Of a stretch of 64,000 nt of DNA, positions 28,918 to 41,321 are shown piece after piece. The translations under genes were made by a program, and so were the position numbers. The notes under the pieces were generated by a model that saw only the letters and a list, made by a program, of their open reading frames with translations, was not told the DNA's origin and did not search any database. Source of the stretch: Catajapyx aquilonaris (lineage: Eukaryota); assembly GCA_000934665.2 (NCBI GenBank), contig KZ538468.1, forward strand, positions 1-64,000, given 5' to 3'. The first letter of the stretch is position 1, and each line of letters starts with the position of its first letter.

Positions 28918-29475
28918 CAGTTGAATCAGGATATAACAGCCTCGGCTGTAACAGACTTTCGGTTATAACAGACTTATAAAGGCTGGTCCCTGCAAACTTC
29001 CATGAAGTCCTGTGTATATTGTTATTCCTGATATAACATACTCATTTTCATCTCACTTCGGGTATAACAAACCATTTCTTGGCTCCTCGGTGGGAGAATA
29101 TGCTGCTTTTGATTACTCAGCCTCCTTTTCCACTGAATAATGGAGATGGGGTGATTTTCCCCTGTCACTGATATAACACTTGCCGAAATTGTCAAAATCA
29201 TTATTTTTCTGGTATATTAGGCAATTAAAGATGAGACGGCAGAAGAAAATGATGGATTTTTTTGGCCTGGCTAAGTTATACGGGTGAGAAAATTTTGCAT
29301 GTTTGTGGATAGTTTCATTAATAAGTATATGCAGTATACTGTACTTTATAAGCATATGAAAGCAAAAAACTTGAGTTTTTGTTGCAAAAGTGGCGATTTG
29401 GCTATACAACAGACCTCGATTATAACAGAGTGATTTTCTCGGTCCCTTGAAGTCTGTTATATCATGATTAAACTG
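28918..29475. mobile_element. pogo/Tigger-like non-autonomous DNA transposon
   Basis: 22-bp TIR CAGTTGAATCAGGATATAACAG versus CAGTTTAATCATGATATAACAG (2 mismatches). Subterminal TATAACAGA repeats and GGTCCC motifs are typical of pogo/Tigger ends. Confidence 0.75.
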
Positions 29476-29531
29476 TTAGCTTCGATTGGCGTTTAGAATC
29501 GGAGCCTTCTTTGCTGATGTATGCTGGCGAG

Positions 29532-29685
29532 CAAGGGGGTAATCACTTCGGTACTCCGGTGTACACCTGCGAGTGGTACTCCCTGGTACTCCTCAGGTAT
29601 ACCTCACTCTTTATTACTCCTTGGTATATACTCCTTGAATTTGGTATTCCAGTGTACACTTTTCAGTCGAGTGATTACCCCCTTG
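29532..29685. mobile_element. MITE with 8-bp TSD (hAT- or P-superfamily-like), copy 2
   Basis: Near-identical to 15222-15372, with a different 8-bp TSD, CTGGCGAG, at 29524-29531 and 29686-29693. Confidence 0.92.
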
Positions 29686-29943
29686 CTGGCGAGTCTACAT
29701 ATACTCTGCCTTGTGGTTACCAGTTTACCACCATTGATCTCAAGTGCCAGTTAGTCAGCCGAGTCACTTAGCAATGTTGTCATGCTCAAAAATTCATTAC
29801 AATTCAAGGCCTGAGAGATTGCTATCATCTCTAATATATATTTATAATATATAGTTGACTGAAATAATCATGTTCGAAAGTTACAGCTTAAAATATAAGC
29901 AGTTTAGTCCCAAAAAGTCCCTATTTGTAGCTACTACATTATA

Positions 29944-30367
29944 CAGGGTGTATCTGAACTCAGTGCCCCGACGTATATGACTGCCTTCCTAGCCACCAGA
30001 GGATCGATTTAAGTATAGGAGTCATATGTCTGGGCAGCCTCATTACGGAGATAATTGGCCACAAACATGTAGTACAAAATATCCTGTCGGTTAGGCCACC
30101 CATCGAACCCTCCCCCAGTCAGAAGGCTCTGGAAGGTCGGGTGGCGGGACTTTGTTGGTTTGTTGCCCACAGGTGGTAAGGCCTCTTTGGCTAGTTACAC
30201 CAGATAATTCTATTTAAAAGTCAGAAGGAGCGATTAGGCAAAAATCGCTAAAGAGTGTATCTCAGTAATGAGGCTGCCCAGACATATGACTCCTATACTT
30301 AAATCGATCCTCTGGTGGCTAGGAAGGCAGTCATATACGTCGGGGCACTGAGTTCAGATACACCCTG
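29944..30367. mobile_element. Young Tc1/mariner-type MITE with 103-bp perfect TIRs
   Basis: 29944-30046 is the exact reverse complement of 30265-30367. CAGGGTG termini and TA TSD. Confidence 0.92.
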
Positions 30368-30416
30368 TATAGGCCTGACATTTCATTGGAACACACTGTA
30401 TAGGCCTATAATAAAA

Positions 30417-30664
30417 GGGCGACACGGTGGCCGAGTGGTTAGCGCCGCAGCCTTCCACCTCTAAGGTCCCGAGTTCGATCCCCGGGTCGGACGGAGGATA
30501 TTTATGTGGATAGAGTTTCGATGGGTTCTCTCCGTGCTCGCGTGGGTTTTCTCGGGGTTCTCCCGTTTCCTCCCACTATCAAAATCCATCACATTACAGG
30601 CAAATGATTAAAGTCGGTCTATTAAAAGATGATCCCCTAAGAGGCCCAACGGAGTATCCATTAT
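30417..30664 (+). mobile_element. tRNA-derived SINE (family A), copy 1
   Basis: A box TGGCCGAGTGG, B box GTTCGATCC, central GTGGGTTTTCTCGGGGTTCTCCCGTTTCCTCCCAC block. TATAGGCCTATAAT is duplicated at 30399-30412 and 30665-30678. Near-identical to the 58706 copy. Confidence 0.9.
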
Positions 30665-32540
30665 TATAGGCCTATAATTTCCGAGGTATCATAATTATGC
30701 CAAATGCATAAAATGACTGCACGTATGTTTGTATATGTAAACGCAATGTGCCTACTTTATTGCAATTGTCGATTATAATATTTAAGTGATAAACTAATAA
30801 AAACTAATGATCCCAATTTTTGACCAATTTCAACTTTGGTGATGCAATTTCTGACTTTTAATCTATGCATTGAGCATTATGCGAGTGAATTGTGCGCGTA
30901 TTACTTGAAAATCCGATAACCTTAAGTATATACATACTTTATAATTATATCGCTTGTAAATTAATAAAACAAATAAATTTTCTACTTCAATTAACAAGGC
31001 ACCATTTAGGCCTACTTTTGTATAAGACTGTAAGTTATAATGAACAATATCATATAGTGTATATCTGCTGCGCTTTGGTGTCTAACAGGGATTTACAGAG
31101 CAATCATCATTTCAACACGGTACATCAGTCGGTGAATGACAGTAACGCCTATTCAAGCATTCTGATTGCAATGGTGGCCTGTTGTGCACTGCATATATAT
31201 CTGCCCAAATATAATTACTGCAGGGGCTGATGCAACACAAGTCAGTTTAAAATGTGGCAAATGTGCAATCAACGCGTTCATTGCATTTGGCGAACTAAAA
31301 TTAATTTTGTGCCACTATACGACAATGACAAATTCATTACTTTTGTAGTCACATTCACTATCATTTTATCACACCCATCACACTACTACAATGTTTTATT
31401 TTGTGTGTGTGTGTTTTTTTTTCAAACTTCATATAACTTAGATCCAGAAATAACAGTTACACTGTGGACTGGGAGCCCTGTCATCATGTGATGTACACTG
31501 CTACATGTGTTGCATATACAGCTGGAGGCTTGCCAAGGATGTTATGAGGCGTGCATCTTCACGGCAATAGCCTACTGAAATTCGAGGCCTGAGGCCATTC
31601 GCTCTTTTCCAATGATAATCTAATAGCCGCTAAGCGAGCCCGGAACCGGGCCCGGAGCCCGGATTACACGGCTCTGGGCTCAGAGTTCCTCATTTGCATT
31701 TTATGTATATGAAGCAAGGGAGAGGGATATGGTGGGGAGAGTGGGGGGGGGGGGGTAGGGAAAGGGAAGAATTGGAGCNTTTCCGGGCTTAGAAAGACGG
31801 GGGGAGGGCCCCGGATATTTCCGGAATATATACACTCCCCGCAATTTGGCGACGCTGGGATCTGTATGCGCCCTAACGGACAGAACCCTTATGAAAATTA
31901 GTCCATAAAGCGCTTATACAGCGTTCCCAAAAATTTGCATAATATTCATCTGACATTTTACTCCTGATGCACCCTCTCCCTTCAAAATAAAAAAAATTGT
32001 CAAAATCTCTATTTTGGAGACACCCTGGAGTTTAAAAAAAAAATGATGGTTCTGCACCAGCCTCTCTCGATTGATTATAAATGGGTTCCAAACCCCGTAG
32101 CGTTATTGAATCGCCACCGATGCGTTGCCGTTTTGCAAATTTTGTGGTCGCATTCAAACAGGGATGGAAAAACAGTGCTGGCAGTGGTCAGGCATATAAT
32201 AACGAGTGAGTTGTGCACGTTAGCCTATGTCGGGCAGTACCACTTTGCATTTCACTAAACATAACGTTAGGGGAGAGTTGGACCAGGGGGGGGGGGNGGG
32301 GGGTGAGGAAAGGGGGACGCCAATACAAATCCTGTCACATCCATTTCAACATGACAATATTGTTTGGTCATACCCTGCTACTGGATGTGCCACAAAAACC
32401 TGCACGTGCCGGACAGCATGTTGAAGTATAAAAAAAAGATGCAGAGTGTCCCTTAAAGGAATTTGATTCATATATGCTAGTGCAAGAATGGTTGGTGGTT
32501 AGTTGTTGTCAAGGGTGGGGTATGCGACCCAGCACTCTGT

Positions 32541-32868
32541 CCAATAAGGATAGTGGGCGTTGAAGAAGCAGTGAGGCGAACCAATAAAAAGAGTCTGATG
32601 GCCCCAGAGTGAGCTAAACCCGGCTGAAAATGGGCGTGGGGACCGTTACAATCTCCCCGTTGCTCCCCCTCCCTCTTGCTACCCTCTGCCTAGGCTTACA
32701 CTTGACGGCTCAGCCTCACTCTAAGAGCGGCCACCCGTCTAGGCCTACACATCGCAGCCCACGGTCTCTTGGAACAAGGATTTGTGTCTGGATATTCGAA
32801 GAGACCTGCAGTGAGTGTGCTTCTGGGGGCCTCGCCAAAGGACGTTTTGGTTCGTGGTTGGATTTGAG
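32541..32868 (+). promoter_or_regulatory. Candidate BarH promoter and non-coding first exon
   Basis: CCAAT boxes at 32541 and 32581. Sp/KLF-like GGGCGTGGG at 32632. Initiator-like TCACTCT near 32716. Strong donor GAG|GTAAGG at 32868/32869, alternative GTGAGT at 32811. A good acceptor at 37726, upstream of the BarH ATG, suggests an upstream exon. Confidence 0.45.
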
Positions 32869-33176
32869 GTAAGGAGTGTTCGATGTCAGATTGTGAAGTG
32901 GTGTTGTATCCGTTGTGGATGGGGGGTTCCCAGTTCGTAAATCATTTGAGGCACTTATTAAGAGTTGAAATGTGTGGTTATGTCATCAGATATGTGCAAA
33001 TTAATATCATGGGAAGGATTAGGTAACATGTTCCGTACAAATTGCACGACTCTTGTTGTTTCCTACTAGCACCTTATGTCTTAGAGTTGCACGCAACATG
33101 TTTCCTGCGAAATGTCACGACCATGCTTGGACTGTGTATAGGATACGGGTATTTACGGCCAACAATAACAACAACG

Positions 33177-33245
<69 letters not shown>
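33177..33245. repeat. (AAT)n microsatellite
   Basis: About 23 perfect trinucleotide units; explains the poly-I and poly-N ORFs. Confidence 0.98.
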
Positions 33246-36200
33246 TCTAAAACATTGCTGGTAAATAGGTTTATTAACAAGTCAATGTTAACTTGTTAAA
33301 CCTTAAGTCATTTGATTACGCCAGTAATAGGCCTGTATGATTTTATGAGGATGTGCTATATTTGGTAGACATGTACCGGAAGACCTTCCCGTACAGTATA
33401 CGTACCTGGGTTAAACTGATATTTGATATGGCGTGTTATATCAGTGTATAGGATTATCCATTACATTTACAAAAGTGTCAGTTCCTCGACGAAAGTTTAT
33501 ATCATAAGCTGGGCTGGTATAGAGGCTGTTTGCGATCGTCTAAACATAAGCATTAGAATGTTTTTTACAATAAAATAATATATCAAGCTCATAATGTACC
33601 ACACATAAGATATAACAGCAGGAGGTCGGGGCAAATCTTCCACTCGAATAATTCGGCAGATTTCAAAATCGCGGCTAGGCATAAATTGCGCGTCACTTCT
33701 ATCAATGTCATTACAAAGTGTCGATGCATGCATTAAAAGTGATGTGGAACTGTTATTGATTTTGTGTGTATGAAATCCAATGTTATTGTATAATTATATA
33801 GCCAGAAATCGCAACTTTGTGAAATTATAATTTTTGCTTAATCGTTATGAACTAAATTGAGGCGGGGCATCACCCACGTACATACTCATACAGTATGCAG
33901 ATTACAATGCCTAACACTACATACAATCAAAACTGCTGATCGCTTAACATCTCTGTGACAGAATTCTAATTATTAGCATACAGCAGCTGATATAGTGTAA
34001 AGCAACTAATGATGCTGACTAGATGATTTTTAAAATTATTCTGCGTGCCTATTTTTGTGCATGCTGCGACGAAATGTTCACAAATATGGCTGCAACGATA
34101 CACGTGTAATTACCAATAAACCTTTGGAATAAGTAACAGAACTGGTCTATGAAAATGACAAATTTGATGGGGAGTTATTACTGAATGATATCATAAGTGT
34201 AAAGTTTTTTTAAAAGAAATTGTGAGCTTATAGAAATTAAGATCATGTAACATTTTTGCACTTGTCAGACATATTACAGTCAATACCAGATCAATCAGTC
34301 CGTGACAATTACTCAAATATAAGTTACAACCATTTTTCTCCAATCAGAACACTGAATTCGAACACAGACTACATACCATGTACATCTAAAAACCTCTAGA
34401 CTACTTGTGAAAACTTGCCACCAATAACATACTTTTTGCCAGAAATAAATTTAAAAATTGTACATAAATCAAGCAGCATTTCTCTTGATATTTCTTGTGA
34501 TACTGCAGAATTGCATTCTGGACAGGTAATAAAACTGGTCAACACTACATGCCCTAAATACCTAACCTGTATCGGAGATACACTAAAAATTCCAGAAGGC
34601 ATATTAATTTTTGGGCACATTCTCACGTCAAGTTTTGCTCTGTATAGCGAAATTGAAAATGTGTCTTGAGAAACATTGTAAAAAGGAATACCTCTGAATG
34701 CGTTACTCAGTAATTTAAGTAATAATTTTGCTCACCGAGTTAAATATTGCAAAAATGATACGTTGCAAATTATTTCAGAAATATATACATAGATAACTAG
34801 CGTCGCGAGCTTTATTTTAGTACTCATCATTTTAATAATAAAAAACATGAAACATTCCAGTTTTGAACACACGCGGGCTCCTCAAGGTAATGGATATACT
34901 CACACTCGTCAAAACTAGCTTTTTATATAACCACATTTTATATACACCATGCGCACTATACCTGCGCAGTCCCGGTAGCACAGCTTCAAAAATATATAAC
35001 CATATACAAGTATATAGTCTAATTGTATTATAACCTGCAAATTACAAAACTCGTTTGAGAGCCTTTTTCTGGGAATCACTGCTGATGCTTATCACCAATA
35101 ATATTGCTGGTTTTGGTCTTATTCATTACAAATATGATACATAGGCTAGGCTATATACAGGAGGCATCAGTTTCATTAAGATAATATGGGTGCAGTAAGA
35201 ACCACAGCACACAAACATAATAGCTGCATCTGTACCTGTGATAAACCCCCATTCATTATTTTGGCATGTAGGTCTTATTACGTCGTTCAATTTGTATTAT
35301 ATTATTTGAAGTAACATTCTAAATATATTTAGAATTAATTTAGAATTAATTATATAATTAAGTACCTGTATCGTAGGAGTCTCTTGAAATTGTGCCATTT
35401 TAGTTAATCTATATTTCATGCCACACAATATACGCGTAATCCGGAGGCAAATTCTATAAAACGATGGAATGAATCTAATCCACGTGTAATGAGTAATTAC
35501 GCACAATTCGGGTCTTAATATATCGTGATGACATGTCTTTAGTGAGTCGTATACAAATCCCATACTGTGTAAGTTATATGTCATCAAGAACAACTGAAAG
35601 ATGGATGCTGTCATGTCAATCAGGGTGAGACAGGCTGTAAAAGGAATGTGTGACTAGACAACATTGTTGTTGTTATTCGCATTTCCATCAGTACGTCCAC
35701 AGAGATCAGGTATTTCATATGTAGAGAGTTTGCATGACAACATGACAAATCCATATTGAATAAATGACTAATATAATTTTAGTACCCAATTCATTATTCA
35801 GCTATTTTGGAAATTCAGTGCTGATCGCTTCTCAAGTAAGTTATGCTGGTTTGCTCAAATAAAGGAAAGTGTACAAAAATAAAGACTGTAAGATCATCAT
35901 GTGCCTGTATATGAGAAAGTATAAGTGATTTTTATTTACGCCACATACACATAGATAATCATGAATATTATAATATATACTATAGACCAGTCTGACAGGA
36001 TTCTGTCAGGCTCAATGCCTGTGTGAAGCCATCTTGCTCCAAAAATGTCCAACTGAGAAAGATTCATGGATTTTCTCTACTTTCCGGCATATTAAACCAA
36101 CACGAAAAATTGATAAGTTATGTACAGTACTGTTGCGTATACACAATCTGAGCTATTCTCGAAATAAAAAAATTCCTACATATTGTCCAAGTACTTGGCA

Positions 36201-37832
36201 CATTTTTTGCTTTTTACATGCTTGGAAGAATGATGTGATTTGCTGCCCAGCAGCAGCATTGGTATATGGAGAGTGGACTATAAAAATGTTGATAGCCACC
36301 ATTCTCACCACTGCACTGGTCGAATATAATCAAACTTCTTGCAAACGAGGAATGCTTTACAGCTGTCATGAGTATACCTCCAAGCTCTGTGCATGGCACA
36401 ATCATTTCTTAATTCCATTGCCTGTCACTTTGTATATCGACAGCAAAGATGGTCAAAAAGTGTTCATTTTATTCATCCTTAAACAAATTACATCATGTTG
36501 TACAGGAATTTTGAATAAATTAAGCAAATACCGCACGAAAGAACGTTTCAAAAAAAATCATGGGAACATAAGGTAAGGCACACGCGTACCTTAGTATTAT
36601 TTTATTTATGCCAGTTTCAAAAAGGTTTTGAAACGCAGAAACCACCACATTTTCTAATAAATTTTCTGAATTCGTCTTTCTACCGGTAGATTATTCACCC
36701 ATTTTGACAGTTCAAATTATCAGGTACAAATATCTAAAGCAATTAAATAAGGTGATTTTAAATTATACACAGTTGTAAGAGCCCACCTAATTTTTATAAT
36801 AGGTATATGCATGTAATTTTGAACACCTGTTGTGCAGAGGGAGTTGTAACAGTTAAAAATCCCCCGGCGAAAATACCATGCTGACTCATGCTGAATTTTT
36901 TTCAAGCCTCAAACTCTTAGGAACAGCTGCGTTATTCAATTAAATTATAGTCACATTTTAGTTAAATAATGGCAACTCACACGGATTATGTAAACCTGTC
37001 TACTCCAACATTAAACTCACATCATTTCCATGCATTGGTATCTATGCTCCAACGCTATAATTATGTTGTTGGATGTTGGTTGTACTGCAGACAGGTATAC
37101 GCTTTGGAGCATCAGAGACATTACCGGGTGTGCGGTGAATTCGTTTGAGCTCTTGGCCCTCCCTTCTCTGTCCCCATCTTTTTACTTGCGACTGTATAAT
37201 TTATTATGTGTCTACATATATACAATATTCCACAGAAGACAGTGTGCATTTGCATATTTTTTGCACTATGATATGTTATTGATGCTTATGCTTACGTGTG
37301 CTGTTTACTTCATTAGCTTACATGAGCATAATTAATGATTAAGGCCTGTATTAATTTTCAACGATTTTTATAACATGCGTTACATTAATTATGCCAACAG
37401 GATAGATTCACAGACATCTCAACCTAAGTAGATATTTGGATAAAGTACCTATTATTGAGAACTACCAATTTTAGCATCGGTCTACGCCCAATATAACCGA
37501 TGTCTAATGATCTACTTTCTTTCTATAGTTTTATGTGAGAAGTCGTGAAGTAACTTACATCATACAGAAAATGAATCAAAGTAATCCAAACTAAAATGCA
37601 ATCATTTCATTTACTCTATATTGTAACATAATAGTACAGTCTATCATAGAGTAATACATGTCCTGTAGCCGGACAATGCAATATGTCGTATACTGTATAA
37701 CATAACCCTGTTTTGTCCTTTACCAGGCACTGCGTCGAGTGGAAATGCTTTGTAGTGCGTGGGCGTGAAAAGGGTGTGACAAAGACGGTGTCTGTCGAAT
37801 TCGGGCGGACAATGTACCCTCCGGCGCTTTGA

Positions 37833-38433
37833 ATGACTTTGGTGTTCAGCGTGGAAAATGTGCAGGAATTGGTGGGGCGCGTGGGGGGACTGGTGACGCC
37901 ACGACGCCTTGCGTCCTCCCCGTCCTCGTCGTCCCCGCCATCTTCGCCCGAGCTGAGAATGACTGTGGAAGCCCAACTACGGCGCCCCAGCATGACCGTC
38001 ACGCAGGACTCGGAGGTGAAAGAGCCGCTGGACCACCACCCAGAGCCCAAAACGGCCACGGCGGCCAACATGGCCACCAGCATGGCCACCAGCATGGCAG
38101 CCACCATGACGCCAACCACCAACACCTCCGCCAGTAGCAGCACTAGTAGCAGACCACGGTTCCTCATTACTGACATATTGGCTGGAGGACGACGGCAGGA
38201 CGCTGGTGGCGGCGCATCCACGTCGTCGCCACCGTCGTCTGCAGCTGCAGCGACGGCTGCCTTGGCCCTTGGGGTGTCGTCACCAGCGGCCAGCTCCTCT
38301 TCAGAGGGGCCAAAGGACCTTTCATGTCACTGCCGCATGGACGACGAAGACGACTCGGATGAGCATCCCAGTGACACCGAGGTTGACCCCGATGTGGGGG
38401 CCGATTCCGGAATGACCCTTCCGCACGACATAG
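37833..38433 (+). CDS. BarH1: BarH homeobox protein, coding exon 1 (Ser/Ala/Thr-rich N-terminus with eh1/FIL motif FLITDIL, PKDLS motif and acidic stretch)
   Basis: GC-rich ORF. FLITDIL at 38160-38180. Donor ATAG|GTCAGT at 38433/38434 is phase 1 and matches exon 2. Acceptor ttttgtcctttaccag ends at 37726. The start could instead be the ATG at 37959 (MTVEAQ). Confidence 0.85.
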
Positions 38434-41321
38434 GTCAGTACAGCATGAGCTATGCTCCATCATCATATACCATTGTGTTGTCGCGTGACACCCTACCTGT
38501 CGTCTTCATTACACTCGCGTTTTACTTGTATCGGCGATTCTAGGTCCTGCACAATCAGTGCACGCAATTCGGAGATGGCGTCCTGCAGATTTGGAAATGG
38601 CCTTTTGTAAACACTCCTGTTGACCACCATGCTAATCACCTCGGGCTAACAGTAGTTGAATCGCTATTAGCCTAATTGCCTAACTGTTTGGCATATTAAC
38701 GAGTTGTAGCCGACATCACAAACAATGAAATTAAGACTGTAGGCAGCTGAAGTACCACTGTCGCTCGCTAATTATCCGGCCACCTTGTTCACGCAGGTTT
38801 TTTTTTTTTTATCCGACTTTTTTCGCGTCCCAATGAACCTCATAACCGATTAGTCACAGAGAAAGGAAATTCGAGGTTTGCAAACCACCTGAGAACAGGA
38901 TTTACAGCTGGCGGCTACTGATCCGTGACGACAACATATACTTTTGAGTGTAGAGTCCGGAACTGGTCCTTTTCCATTACTATTATCTGCAGCATAGGTG
39001 GCGCCATTTTAAAAATTTTCAATCCTTGCGTTCAATCTCTCATGCCACGGGGTGTGAAAATTGTCTGGAAGCCCTTCAGAAAGAGTTTCGTGCTTCATTA
39101 GCTTCTGGCGGAACAAATGATTAGCTCTTGGCAGCTGCACACCGATGAAAAGGACACCACCTTCCGGCCCTTATATACAGTACATTGTCCGCTGTATACC
39201 TGCCACTTCTTCACGCTAATACTACGGCTCATTATTCAAACTCTACCCTTCAGGCATCAGACCTACTTGCAAAATAACAGTCGGTGTAGACAACATCATG
39301 TGATACAGTGTTATAAAAACTTGAAAAAAAAATCATGATAATTATGTGTTTTGGCATATTTTATTTAGGAAAAAGGCGTAATGTATGCATCCCTTGACAG
39401 CCGGCTATATACCCACTTGGATTAACACATGCATAAATGCATGGTGTTCCTCTCAAAATGAATGTTGTACAAATCGCATTCGCTTGCATACCAAGTGACA
39501 CTTTTTTATTTGTGCCACCTCTCGAATATTGCGCTAAGTGCTTTCCATTACGTATAGACACAATAATGATGTTCCGCTAGAAAATCGTAATCACAATCGC
39601 AACTTTCAAGGTAAAATCAAGCCGGAGGCTAAGAACAACAACAACAAAAAATTTTAAAAAAATCTTCTCCTCCAGCTATTGTTTGGCTGTTTTACGACGT
39701 GGGAGGGGACACCACATAGGGTCGTAAAAAGTTTTGCAAGGCCTTAATACCAGTCAGAGAAGGTAATAGAACAATTAGGTCGCATCACCAGCAATGGGTT
39801 GGGAGTAAATATATCACTGACCAGATAGAGATCGAGTTCGAGGCTTCCTTCCTGCCTTACCAAGAAGATAAAAAAAAAGGTCCAATTTTTTTCCCCCCCA
39901 TATACCATTCATTCCCTGACCATAAACGTGATGTCATCGGATGCCTTTCCATACCGGTATGTTTTTTATGGTAGGAAATGACTTAAATACCTGCAGCCCT
40001 CGGAAGTCATTCGAGCCAACTCCATGCTTAACCCAAAAGCTTGGAGGTCGAAAGAATCAATGAGCCACCGCAACCCCCCAAATCAAGGCAGGGGCCATTA
40101 TAGGCCCATCATCGGCGGGGTTCCCCCTCCGGAAAGCCGCAAACATATTAGTCCCATGGCCTAAAGGGCCGCCCCTGACGTCACTAGCCACCGCCTAATT
40201 AGTCCGCCCCAGGGGAAGAATAAGAGTGTAAAAAAAACACTAGAAAAAAAAGGTAAAGAAAGGCACCATTGGCGGCGGTTCTTCCTTTGCAGTCAGGGAC
40301 TGCAGTCCTTCATCTGCTCCTGGATGCAGCCGCAGGATAGAGCTATTTGGCCGCAGTCACGCTTGAAAATGCGACTAAATGAGTGGTAACGCGGGCCGCA
40401 TTTTCTTTCGCCTCGCCTGCTACCCCACAGCGCACCCCTGCTGCCCCCTCACTCACATACACACGCCGGAAGGTGGCGGCCTGCCTTTTTCTGCCACTTG
40501 CTATACCACAATCTTTCATTTTTGCATGCCTATGTGTCGGACTTGAGCAATTGAGCATTAAAGTGATACAATGTAACTGAGGTTGGTATATGGTGTTTTT
40601 TTTGTCAGCTTTATTAGCATGATGGCTGGAGTGCTTAATGTCAGGTGGTACTAAGAATACTGTATTCAGGAATGTCATAAACAATGTTTGATCACGAATT
40701 TGTGGATGTTTGAAGCTGGGAAACTGACGCTTATTAAATATGTGTGTGAGGAGAAATGATTGATATCTATCAGTAGTACAGAGGGAGGTTCATAATTACT
40801 TAGACAAACTTATATAGGGTGAGTCGTGTGCACTAGATGATCGCTTTTGATATAGGTGTCATTCAGTCACTGCAGCCTCGTTGACGAAATAATTCGTCTG
40901 AATCAATGAGCGCATTTTAGCATTTCTGATGTCATGGACACAACTTGCATACTTTATTAGGCTGCCTGCTCCACCAGAATGAGATCGCAGTTAAAATTTA
41001 AATTGCAAAATGGCACGCACTTCTGTTTAAAACTAAGAAGAGACGATCGCGCGGCGGGAAGCATAAGTGACAGGATATTTTCTCGCTAACTAGGTTGCAG
41101 AATTGACACGTTACATCAAGTACCCATCTGTTCATGTGAGTTCGTCTGAAGCAATATGAAACTCCCTGTGGTTATTTAAGCATATATTGGCGTATGAATC
41201 CCTTCCGGTGATTTTAAAAGTAATAGTGGCCCAATATAATAAGAACACAATTATTCCAGCCAATAGTGTATAAAATATCGCCATTTTTTAAAACATATTT
41301 GACCCACACATATACAATCTA

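Noticed and set aside
34396..34626. Minus-strand ORF containing VRYLGHVV, like the Gypsy reverse transcriptase YLGH motif
   Set aside because: No YxDD, RNase H or LTR context visible. A single short motif is insufficient; BLASTX would decide.
419..37335. Numerous 60-180 aa ORFs in the six-frame track (e.g. 36034-36576, 8492-8914)
   Set aside because: No recognisable domains or exon structure. Many start at non-ATG codons or overlap SINEs, MITEs and microsatellites; lengths look consistent with chance.
37616..38466. Antisense and alternative-frame ORFs over BarH exon 1 (201, 110, 102 and 99 aa)
   Set aside because: Expected shadows of a GC-rich, low-complexity coding exon.
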